From: Antedon mediterranea
Lineage: Eukaryota; Animalia; Echinodermata
Reading direction: 5' to 3'
Assembly (NCBI RefSeq): GCF_964355755.1
Contig: NC_092672.1
Coordinates: 35,222,437-35,286,436, forward strand
DNA length: 64,000 nucleotides
Position numbers and translations under genes: made by a program. The first letter of the stretch is position 1. Each line of letters opens with the position of its first letter. The notes under the pieces were generated by a model. That model was not told where the DNA came from and did not search any database. It worked only from the letters and a program-made list of their open reading frames with translations. Positions 1 through 11,222 of the stretch are shown piece after piece.

Positions 1-420
1 ATTTGAGAGGTTATGAACTATGGACCAATGCAACATTATGCTGGACATTTTATCTGAACAAAGAATAAGTGGCCAAAGTAGTATAATTGGTGTGACAGTG
101 GATTAAGATGCAATATTTGCATCTTAATGTTGATGAACAAAACGACTATTTTATTTTGGTTTATTATTTCATTTGTGCATTCCCTGCAAATTTTATTAGA
201 AAATAAACTATGAAAAACTTATTTTTTGTTGCATCTGTGTTTCTTTTGAATGTCTATTGTGAGTGTAGTGAAATAGTCAACACAAGCACCGACCTTTTTA
301 TGAGGCATTGATTGATCGTTTCTGAAATCGATAGTTTTTTTCATCATCAGTTGTTTCTTGAAAAGAAAAACCCACACCGCTGCAAGAGCAACGAATTCCT
401 TGTCAAAACTTCATTCTCTA

Positions 421-572
421 AAGCTCTGCTTACACTATCAAACTAGTTTGACAACAAAATGTAATGTGCCCAAATATGGTAGTGATATGCTTAAATGGTA
501 GTGATATCATATGACATCTTCATGTCCATATATAGGCATGTCACATAAAGTTTGATAGTGTAGACCTAGCTT
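421..572. mobile_element. MITE family 1 copy (PIF/Harbinger-like)
   Basis: TIR AGCTCTGTCTACACTATCAAAC...GTTTGATAGTGTAGACAGAGCT, internal CCAAATATGGTAGTGATATG repeats, TAA/TTA flanks. Confidence 0.8.
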
Positions 573-1335
573 AACACCTTATAATATAGTGTATTGCAAT
601 TTCTCGTAAATTTGTAATTATTTTATACAGTATTATAATTTATTTATTCAAATTTCTACCAATAACAAACCAAACAAATTTGTGAGGCAAGGAATGACCA
701 AACATGTGCTGGACACCCAAAACAGACAAATAAAAACAATTTAATTACGAATTCAATTGAAAGTCAACTGTTCACCAACAAATACATAGAGATTACCATA
801 ACATACAATGAGAGAAATACACACAAACAAACTTTCTTAATAGCCACGCCATTTAAAATTAATGAATACATGTATAACAAGCTCTTTCAATTGTTACTCT
901 ATGTTATACTACTACAGTACTATTTTATAACTATATTTTTTTAATCTTTCTAAAATATTCATTCTTATTAATATATTTATTATTATTTACGGTAGTTATA
1001 TTGCCTTATTATCAAATCTAAAAGTTAAAAAAAAATCTAAAATAAAACTTTAAAAAAACATTTTACAGTATTATATAATATAAAAACTATTTTGCCGCGC
1101 CTTCTTGGTCCCCGCCCATTTTTTCTTTACCACACACAACGCCCCCTTTTTATTAATCACTATTCAACGATAGAGGGCGTTAAACCGATGCGCTGTTTCA
1201 TTCTTTTTTTTGCGTATCAAATTCTTTCTTTACACGCTTTGGCCGTTGTACAGTACCAGCACAATTTGGGAGGTCGTAAAATTCCGAAATTGTAACAAAA
1301 TTCGGTTGAATTTAAGAATTTAAATTACACTAAAT

Positions 1336-3197
1336 ATGTCTCGAGTTGTTCGTGGACCAGCAGGTAATAATGAATGTAGAATTTATGTAGGAAATTTGCC
1401 TCCAGATATCCGTGAAAAAGAAATCGAAGAAATTTTTTACAAATATGGAGACATTGCTGATATTGATCTGAAGGGAAAGGACAAACGAGGACCACCGTTT
1501 GCATTTGTAGAATTTCTAGATAAAAGGTAAGATGATAGCCATATGCGTATTAAGCGTTATAATTCATGGAATTCATAATTTAAAATATACATAAACTGGA
1601 TTCTGTATTAAAATTCAGGTGAGATTTTCAATGAATAAAATAGCCAGGCCCATCCATGATAATCCATCAGGTCATTAACACTGCACACAATGCCTGGCGG
1701 CGGTTACGTTTATGGGACTTTTTATGCTGTAACTTACTCCCACTCCCTACCCCAGTTCAGTTAGTTGTGCTACACTACTAAAGACCTAAGTACTACTACT
1801 TCCTATGCCTGTAGTATTAATTTATTAATATTAGGCTGTTATTAAAGTATTTATTTGCATATATTATTTAAAAATAGAATTTTACAGTACATGTACTAAG
1901 TAGTACTGGTACTTTTATACCAGTCGCTATTTAGTGAGTGTTCCGTTTTTCCAGAGATGCAGAAGATGCAGTAAATGGTAGAGATCGATACGACTATGAG
2001 GGTTATAGGCTCCGTGTAGAGTATCCCAGAGCAAGCCGTGGCGGAAGGGATGGTGGACACGGTGGTGGACGTGGAGGAGGTTACGGAGGAGGACGAGGAG
2101 GTGGTGGTTATGGTGGACGTAGAGATGACCGCGATGGTGGAAGAGGGAGAGGTCCACCAGCAAGACGATCAAAATTCAGAGTTTTAGTGTCTGGTATGCA
2201 TAAGAAAATCAAAGAGTAAAAGTATTTAAAAGATTTCAGTGTAGTGCCCTCAAGTTAAATTGACTCAATAGCATTTTTCTTTATTTAAGGTATACTATTT
2301 AAAGAAACTAAGGTGAATTGTCATTATAGCTAAGATATACATACTGTACACTGTAACAGCATAAATTTAATAATTTCAGGTCTCCCTTCAAGTGGCAGTT
2401 GGCAGGATTTAAAAGACCACATGCGCGAAGCTGGCGACGTTTGTTTTGCCGATGTTTTCCGAGACGGCACTGGTGTTGTTGAATTTGTCAGGGAAGAAGA
2501 CATGGATTACGCTGCCAGAGAATTACATGACACAAAATTTAGATCACATGAGGTAGTCTTTTTTTCAGTATTTTATTAAAAAATATTTTGGACATATCGA
2601 ATTGACATATAAATTAGTAGACTTTTATTGTATTTTAAATATCTCTGTGCTTTACATTATGCTTCTCCCTCGGTAGGTTTTTGAGATACATAAATGTACT
2701 GGGGTGGATTGCTATAAAACAGTCTTAACTGATGGTCTTAACTCCCCGATTAAAGCCGGCTTTATCAGATAGACTGTCTTATTAAAGCCACTCCTGATAG
2801 ACCATTGCTATAAAACAGTCTTAAATTAGACCACGTAAAGTAACAAATTGAGGGCGTATTTTAAAGACCGTTTACAGGTTATAGCAATGGTCTATAATAT
2901 AAGACTACTTGCTACGTCACGAATTATAGCCGGCTAAGCGCTAAGACCGGTTATAGACCGCTTATAGCAATCCGCCCCTGTTTGTTTGTAAGGAGATACT
3001 AAAAATAACATGTTTCCTTACAGGGCGAAACTTCATATGTAAAAGTGAAAGCTGACCCACTTGGGAAAGAAGGAGGACACAGCAGGAGTAGGTCACGAAG
3101 CGCGTCTCCGCCTCCTAGAAGACAGCGTTCATCGCCGCAGTATGCTCAGCACAGATCACGATCCAGCTCACGTTCTTCGTCAAGTTCCCGACGTTAA
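1336..3197 (+). CDS. SRSF1: Serine/arginine-rich splicing factor SRSF1/SRSF9-like, tandem copy A (4 coding exons)
   Basis: Exons 1336-1526, 1955-2193, 2380-2552, 3024-3197 (TAA), all GT-AG and phase-compatible. RRM1 (RIYVGNLP...PPFAFVEF), Gly/RGG linker, pseudo-RRM2 with the diagnostic [10 protein letters not shown], and a short RS tail. Confidence 0.95.
2702..2977. mobile_element. Non-autonomous Harbinger-like element in SRSF copy A intron 3
   Basis: TIR GGGTGGATTGCTATAA / TTATAGCAATCCGCCC with a 3-bp CTG duplication on both sides. Confidence 0.8.
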
Positions 3198-4528
3198 AAC
3201 ACGAAGCTTCACTTAGCCTTGCTGATGCTATGTGCTTTGGTAGATGTCACATGTGAATCTGTTAATTGTTACGTACGTGACTTTTTTTATAGCATCTTGT
3301 TAATAAAGTATTATTGATATATTATCCAAGACGTAGAATCAACTGCCAGTTGGTTAGATACGATATTTTTACAAACTTTGTGTTAAATAATCTGAAAAAA
3401 ATGTTTAGTATATTAAGTATGATGTAAAGGCCCTTTATAAGAAAACTTGAATATATCCGAGTTCTGTTTTAGAAATTCAAATTTTGGACATTCAGATCTA
3501 AAGAAAACTTAAATTTTTTACATCAGTCCATTCGATCATATTTGAGTTTTTGATGTTTTCTAAACACCCTTTCTTACTTCTATTATCTTAAGGTAACTTG
3601 TATAATGAATTGAAAAAAAAAATAAATAGTTCTGTAGGTTTGTGAATGGACACAAATTTCTACTAAAAATGTTTTGCTTATGTATAGTGATTCTGTAGAG
3701 TATGGGTACATTATAAGCCGATATGGGTTCTTCAGCTGGTCTTATTGTACAATATTATCCTCATGGTGTATGTCCTGTGGACATGTGCTTGATTAAGACA
3801 TGAATGGTGTTTATTTTAACAAATGTTTTCTAACTTTGTACAGTGTATTAAAAATGTGTCCTTTTAAAATTTCTTTTTTGTTTTTCAAATAATTAATTGA
3901 GAGTGGATAAATAAAAAATCAAGATGTTTATTCTTTAGAAAATGTGATATCGTTTGGTTGATCATTGTGTTCCTATAAATTAACAGTGTTTCTGTTTTCA
4001 TTGTTTAGGATCAATGGTAAGGATCAAAAGGACCTTCAAAGGATTTCATTTGATATTAAAAAAGGGATTAACAGAGGGATTAAGGAATCATTTTAGGAAT
4101 CATTTGGAAAGGAAGTGGCAAACCCCATATTTAAGGATCCTAGTGTCGATGGGAAGGAGGAGTCCCGTTCAGATCGGCAGTAAACAAATTTATCCATTAG
4201 GAATGCAATTCTGGAACCAGGAAATCAATTCATTCTGGATCTAAGGATCAACTAGGATTTGGATTAAAACAACTACTAACCCTCCAGTTGGCACCCTTGG
4301 GTCATGCTCATACATTCATAGGTTATTGGATTATAATTTACATTTCTGGGAAAATGGCAACTGCTGGTGATTACTTGATTGTAGGACAATATTTTTCAAA
4401 CCCAAATTAAATGCGATTAAAAATAATCCAAAAAACTAAATTTAGAATTTTTTTTTGAAAGTTTATTTTGAAAATCATTTCCTTTACTCATTAAATAAAA
4501 CAATTTTATCATGAACTGGAGAATATAC

Positions 4529-4659
4529 GTCTACACTATCAAACTAGTTTGACAAAAAAGTGTGATGTGCCCAAATATGGTAGTGATATTACATCATGCC
4601 CATATATGGGCACATCACATTTTTTTGTCGCATAAATTTTGGTAGTTTAGACAGAACTT
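4529..4659. mobile_element. MITE family 1 copy
   Basis: Same TIR and internal sequence as 421-572. Confidence 0.75.
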
Positions 4660-6258
4660 TAGATTCTTTGAGATTTGCTTGGATAATGAGGATAGCAGTC
4701 TGAAATTTTGTAATTGAAATAATTTAAGATAAAAAGCGACAAATTGTTATTAAAGTGCTCCTTTCTTTGCAGCTCTTCTACAGCACAGGAAACCTTGTTA
4801 TAGACCTACTTTTTTTCAGGGGATGGTCCCCTAAAAATGGGTATAGCAGAAACTGCATATTCTATCCTGTGGTGATATTGGAATTCATTTACTAGGAGAA
4901 AGGATTGAGGATTTGTAATGAATGATATTATTTTTTTGCGACTAAACTCCCCACTGAAGATTGTTATTGTTCAATATGTACTGTAATGTATACAAATTTT
5001 ACGCGAGTGCAATATTAGAAAACGGAGTTACGGAACCTACAGTTGTAATCATCTCGAGAATAGGAATTGAGGAATTTCCATGGTTATGTCACGGATGAAC
5101 ACAAGCTGAGAATTGTTTCAGAGGCCTAACAATTATTTGTCTTTGTTGCATCCACTGTTAAAAATCTATAATTGCTACTAATGTTAGGATGATTGATTAT
5201 GTCATCATTTTGAATTTAGCAAAATTAAATTTGACATCCTTCATATGTGTACAGATTAACATTGGTTTTTGTAATTGATTATTGTGTTGATGGCGTTCTT
5301 CACATGTGTACAAATTAACATTGGTTTTTGTAATTGATTGCGTTGATCAGCAAAATATTTTGTTTTGTCAAATTATTGAAACACTTACTTTAAAATCCTT
5401 TTTGTTCTTATTCTTTTTCTAGTTCATTTTTATTCAAATAACCAAATAAATATAATTATATTTTCTTCCATAGCACAGATTTATGAATGAGTGGCGGATC
5501 TAAAACATCCTCCCATCCCCATCCTTTCCCCCAGAGGGATTTAAAAGGAGCGCATACCTGCCCTAAGCTATCCTCTCACCCCCAGAGGTTGATTTAGAAA
5601 GATGTGCAAACCGGTACCGCCCCCCCCCCACCCCCCACACGGTATCGCTCAAACTGCTGCTGGATACACCTCTGATCCCCACACAGCATTTTTCTAGCTT
5701 GTCATCATAGGCCTAATAAAATTAATCAACTTGCCTGTGTTCAATGTTTTCATAGTCTACATTATTTTTTATATTCTGTAGTTATGTTATTATAGCTATA
5801 TATTTTACGTACATTTTTGCCACTGACAACAATAAATGTAATCATTTTTTGAAATAAATTAAGTGGAATAATGTGTACTATATATTCAAAAGTTACTGTA
5901 TAGTTAAATAATACTCGAGAAAGAAGTCATGTGTATTCATTTAACTGGTTTTAGTAACGTAATACTGTACTGAAAAATGGGCAATCCCTTATTTAAAATT
6001 TAGCTTCTACTTATACAGATATAAATCGTGAACCTGCTGTACTAACTGTATAGCTATAGGTAAATTATTCTTTTTAATCTGTAAAACGAAAGAGGGCGCC
6101 TGTCAAACAAGCAGATCCTTCCAACAAGCGGCTGGTCGCTGGTGTTACGTTTGTGTATAATTTTGTTGGATCGGTCGCAAAAGGATTATTGTTTGGGTCA
6201 CAAGATTGATATTTTTACTCAATTTGCTGGCATTAATTAATTGTTCAATACGTGAAAT

Positions 6259-8760
6259 ATGTCTCGAGTTGTTCGTGGACCAGCAGGGAATAATGAATGT
6301 AGAATTTATGTAGGCAATTTGCCTCCAGATATCCGTGAAAAAGACATCGAAGATATTTTTTACAAATATGGAGACATTGCCGATATTGATCTGAAGAACA
6401 AAAGAGGACCACCGTTCGCATTTGTTGAATTTCAAGATAAACGGTAAGATAATTAATAAAAAATACATGAATTGCATATTATATAGGGCCTACTTGTATA
6501 TAATTAGGTTCAATTTAATCTTCTATCTAGCTATTTATTGACTAGAATAAAGCTAGACTAGCTAGGCCTACATAACTTGCTTGTTGAATCTCCGATAAGC
6601 AAGTTTCAGCTGCCAGGTATGAAATGCCCAAATTCATGGCGCGCCACAAATGACAAATATCCAGTTTTGCAATGTTGCTTTAATTTTAAACCCCGTTTTA
6701 AACCAATTCATGTGGTCTTTCAAATCCTGCCAACTGCCACTTGAAGGGAGCCCTGAAATTATTAATTAGTAGTATTAATTAGTACTGAAATGTCCATATC
6801 TTTAATTCTTGTTTTCTATTCCAGAGATGCAGAAGATGCAGTCAATGCCAGAAACCGTTACGATTACGATGGTTACAGACTACGTGTGGAGTATCCGAGA
6901 GCAAGCCGAGGTGGTGGTGGTGGAGGCGGCGGAGGAGGGGGTTATGGAGGAGGACGAGGAGATGGTCCAGGAATGAGAGGTAATGATAGAGAGGGAGGAA
7001 GAGGGAGAGGTCCACCAGCAAGACGATCAAAATTCAGAGTTCTGGTGTCTGGTACGTAGAGTTACTGTATTTTGAATTTCCATAATTATTGCTATTTAAT
7101 ATGTACTGTATTATTACTTATTATCGTATAATAATTATGATTAATATAACAAAATTAATAATTTCAGGGCTCCCTTCAAGTGGCAGTTGGCAGGATTTGA
7201 AAGACCACATGCGTGAAGCTGGCGACGTTTGTTTTGCTGATGTTTTCCGAGACGGCACTGGTGTTGTTGAATTTGTCAGAGAAGAAGACATGAATTACGC
7301 CGCAAGAGAATTACATGACACAAAATTTAGATCACATGAGGTACTGTATGATAAAAGATTTAGTTTCCATCTTTTTTACAATAAAACGTCTACCTACCGT
7401 ATATTTCGGTGTATAAGTCGCACCTGTGTATAAGACGCACCCCCAACTGAGAGTAAAATATCGGTATTTTTTATATCGTCGATGTATAAGACGCACCTTA
7501 TATTTCATCAAAACAATGTTTTTTTAAATTGTAATCAATATTATTGTGATAATATATTTTGTTATATCTACAACGGCGTCCTTTATTTAGGTTTTTTCTT
7601 ACCTAGGCTCGGCCGCGCCCAGCCTCAACAAGTTCTTTCTAACTTGTTATTCATGAGTTTCGCCGCAACATCGAGTGCATGACCGTGTGTGAAACACGCA
7701 CGTGTGTGGGCTAGCCTCGCTCGATCATTTCGAGAGGGCGCACGTTTTCACGGACAATCGTATTCGATTAGTATCTATGTATCCGAGAAGTGTGTACGCT
7801 AGGTCCATGCTATAATCACCTGGAGAATATACTAGTCGAATACCGTACACCATGTGGCCACCAAAAGAAGGGCTTGCGCTTGGGGTACGGCGATCGTGCG
7901 TATAACTACTGTATAAATAAATACTATTCCAATCGTACGACGTAAACGTTTACAAATGAAATTTTATCGGAGCGCCATAATGAACAAATCTTTTCATCAT
8001 ATTTAGTATAACATCATGCTAAAATGACTTGAAAACTAGGCCTAGGCTAGGCAGAAGCAGGTTGCCGTTACGTTAGTTAGTTACTGTAGCTAGGCCTAGC
8101 CTACTCAGGCCTAGCAAACGAGGTGACGATAGCCTAGGCCTAGGCCTATGTACAATCTGTGTGGTGAGGCATTTATGTTCGGTGTATAAGATGCACCCTT
8201 AATTTGGAGGTCAAATTTGCGTGTCAAAAGTGCGACTTATACACCGAAATATACGGTATATGGCTGCGTGGTTAAGGAAGAGGCGCCGTATACCGTACCT
8301 AAAAAGCCAGTTCAGTATCGGCATGGGTTCACTCCTATTTCTGGTGGTGGAACCAGTCTTCTCGGATAAGGGATATAAACCGTAGGTCCAGTGTACAATG
8401 TTATTTGAGATGAGTAGGGAGTTACCCTGGTGAACTGGTTCACAAAATCACCTCTGCATCAGTGGGGATTAGCACCTATCTGATTGGACAGTCATTCATT
8501 TACTATTTACTAAAAAAATAAATAATAAAAATACTTGACATGCGAAAATTGTTATTTTTACACAGGGTGAAAATTCGTACATTAAAGTAAAAGCAGACCC
8601 AGTAGATATGAAAGGTGGTGGAGGGCGCCACAGCAGAAGTAGATCACGCAGCTTCTCTCCCCCGATTAGAAGTAGAAGACCACGTTCATCGTCGTATCAT
8701 CAAGGCCAGCAGCACAGATCAAGATCCAGTTCAAATTCTTCGTCAAGTTCCAGACGTTGA
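6259..8760 (+). CDS. SRSF1: SRSF1/SRSF9-like splicing factor, tandem copy B (4 coding exons)
   Basis: Exons 6259-6443, 6825-7051, 7168-7340, 8566-8760 (TGA). Same intron positions and phases as copy A, open frame throughout, [10 protein letters not shown] motif present. Confidence 0.95.
7397..8256. mobile_element. Non-autonomous Tc1/mariner-superfamily (pogo/Tc2-like) element in SRSF copy B intron 3
   Basis: Perfect 27-bp TIR CCGTATATTTCGGTGTATAAGTCGCAC, TA flanks, subterminal TGTATAAGACGCACC repeats, no transposase ORF. Confidence 0.85.
8261..8500 (+). mobile_element. tRNA-derived SINE, possibly Deu/Nin-domain type
   Basis: A-box-like TGGCTGCGTGGTTAAG and B-box-like GGTTCACTCC. Central CTCGGATAAG...AAACCGTAGGTCC and GAGTAGGGAGTTACCCTGGTG, the latter shared with 57730-57930. 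The domain assignment is from memory. Confidence 0.6.
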
Positions 8761-9011
8761 ACAAATTGCTGCTTTAAATGGCAATGATAATGATCTTTGT
8801 TTCGGTAGATGTCACATGTGAATCTGTTAATCGTTACGTACGTGACTTCTTTTTTTAGCATCTTGTTAATAAAATATTTTATTCAAGTTAGTAGCAAGCA
8901 TAGAATTAATCAAGTTTAGCTTAGTTTGGTCAGATATTGTATATTTTGTTGAACAAGTCATAATCCAGAAAACAGTATCTGAAAATGATTATTATTTATT
9001 ATGCTATTGTT

Positions 9012-9174
9012 AAGCTGTCTACACTGTCAAACTGTATGTGACAAAAAAAATGTGGTGTGCCCATATATGGACATGATGATGTCATATCGCTACCATATTT
9101 GGGCATATCACTACCATATTTGAGCCCATCACACTTTTTTTATCATAACTAGTTTGATAGTGTCGACAGAGCTT
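9012..9174. mobile_element. MITE family 1 copy
   Basis: Family TIR and internal repeats. Confidence 0.8.
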
Positions 9175-11222
9175 TAGATTAGATAGTTCCCTTGATTGAA
9201 AATTGTAAAGTATAATTGGCTAAAATGTCTACCGATTGGTGATGGTTTACTAATGAATTGTATCATTAATTACTTAGCTTATTGTGGCATGCCCATTTAC
9301 ACATTTTTTTTATCTGTTGAACGTTGTTTGTACTCATAAAGTGTACGTGTTTTAACCATAAAATGACCTTCGGGAAAAATGTTTTAAACTTTCTGCTAGG
9401 TAAATATGGAATACGGAGTCTAGTAATTGGTAAGAATAGGACCGAATTTATATGTTGATATTACATTATATAAAAAAATGTTTTGTAAACTTTGTATTGT
9501 ATTCAAATTATTTATTTAGATTAGATAAATTAAGATATTACTTTCATCTTTGGAAACCAGTCAGTCGTTTGGTTGATAATTGTGTTCCTATAAATTAACA
9601 GTGTTTCTGTTTTCATTGTCTAGATCAATGGTAAGGATCAAAAGGACCCACAAAGGATTTCATTTGATATTTAAAAAGGGATTAACAGTGCTAAAATATT
9701 TGTTAATATTCAAATTATAAAAATTCAAAAATTTTTAATCAAGAGGTGGATTCGCTTTTGGAATACAACTATTCATAGGATTACTTTAGGAAAACGGAAC
9801 CCTTTATGTAGTTCGTGGAAAGCAATTGGAGGATTACAATTTCATCCTAGAGATTCCTTCAGGAAACCACAGGGAAGTCACTGGAATTCATAAGAGAATC
9901 AACCGTGTAGGATTCACACTCCTGATAAATCTCCTAAACCTCTAAAAAGAGGAATTTTCGGATAGTTAATTCAATTTTTTGTCTTTGATAATTTAAAAAA
10001 TATGTATATTTGGATAACATTTAAAATAGGATGAAAACGGTATTTACTCTGGATATGGAATTCTGCTAGTACTTTCCTCAGGATCCAAGTGGCCTTGCAT
10101 TTATTTCAAAAGGATCATTTTATTTTGGATTCAATAAATCAGAATCCTATAGGAATTCACATTAGGATTAATGGAAGCCTCAAATAATTCAAAGGAAAAA
10201 ACAGGAATTGAATGTCCTTATATTTCAAAAGGATCAGTGTTCGATTAACAAAATTAAGGAATAGGAATTCACATTTAGGATCAAAGGAAAAATGGTGGGA
10301 AAGCAATCGCATCAGGAAAAAATCAGTACAGTACCTCAAAATTTGATTTATACCTTCAGGATCAAATTTTCATAGAAAACGATTGGATAAGGAATCTGAA
10401 AAGGGGTCAGTATGCTCTATAGCTTATTGATGGTGACATAACTGTAAAACAATTTTATTTCAATTTTAAATGATTTTATTCTTGTAAAATAGTTTTCATA
10501 TTGTGTCCATTTAACAATTTTCTTGCAGATTTTAGATTGTGGACTTCACTCCTGCAGATATGTATAGCAATCTTGTTGAATAAATTTTTGATTTTCAATT
10601 TAAACCGTTTTGTTTTGTATTAATGTCTTTCCTATGAAACATGTGGCACAAGCAAAGAGGTGATATTAAGGCGAATGCTAGAGGGCGGACTGTGTGTGCA
10701 GTGAAGGTGAATCTTATGGATAAGTTCTCTACAAGATGGATGGCAATTTTTAAACAGATTAATAATACAGTACTGTAATTGATTCTATTTTGTGAAGAAA
10801 CATATGAAAAAAGACAAGGCAAATATTTAGTTTAAATGTGTATATATTTTTTAGATTAACTATATCGAGAATGACATAGAAATATTACTTTATAGAAACA
10901 AATTCTTACAATTTGTACATAAGGATCATTTTAGAATTCATGCACCATGATTACGCTCTCTTTGCTCTTAGCTCCCTGGCGCCCCAAAACATTAATATGC
11001 AGCTTAGTGATATCGGTGTGTCCGATTGGTTGATTTGCTGCCAGCCATATTTGAGAGCCCATCACAGAAGGATGTGTTTTGCGATTCGAATGCATTGGAG
11101 TTGACAATCTAGCTTTCGGCTATAAAATCTTCATCCTTCCACCAAGTATGCCAGCATGCTAAGATAAGCAATGTAGCATTTCTGTAACTGTACAACATAC
11201 AAACAACATAACTCATTCAAAT

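Noticed and set aside
1-210. Possible last exon of an upstream gene (frame 3 LRGYELWTNATLCWTFYLNKE*, AATAAA near 202)
   Set aside because: Too short and not recognisable, so it cannot be supported from this window.
4014-4244. 76-aa ORF downstream of SRSF copy A
   Set aside because: The paralogous region in copy B loses the frame, so the conservation is better explained by splice signals and GGA motifs.
1927-7030. His-rich minus-strand ORFs (1927-2172, 6145-6477, 6842-7030)
   Set aside because: Antisense shadows of the SRSF exons (GGT/GGA Gly codons).
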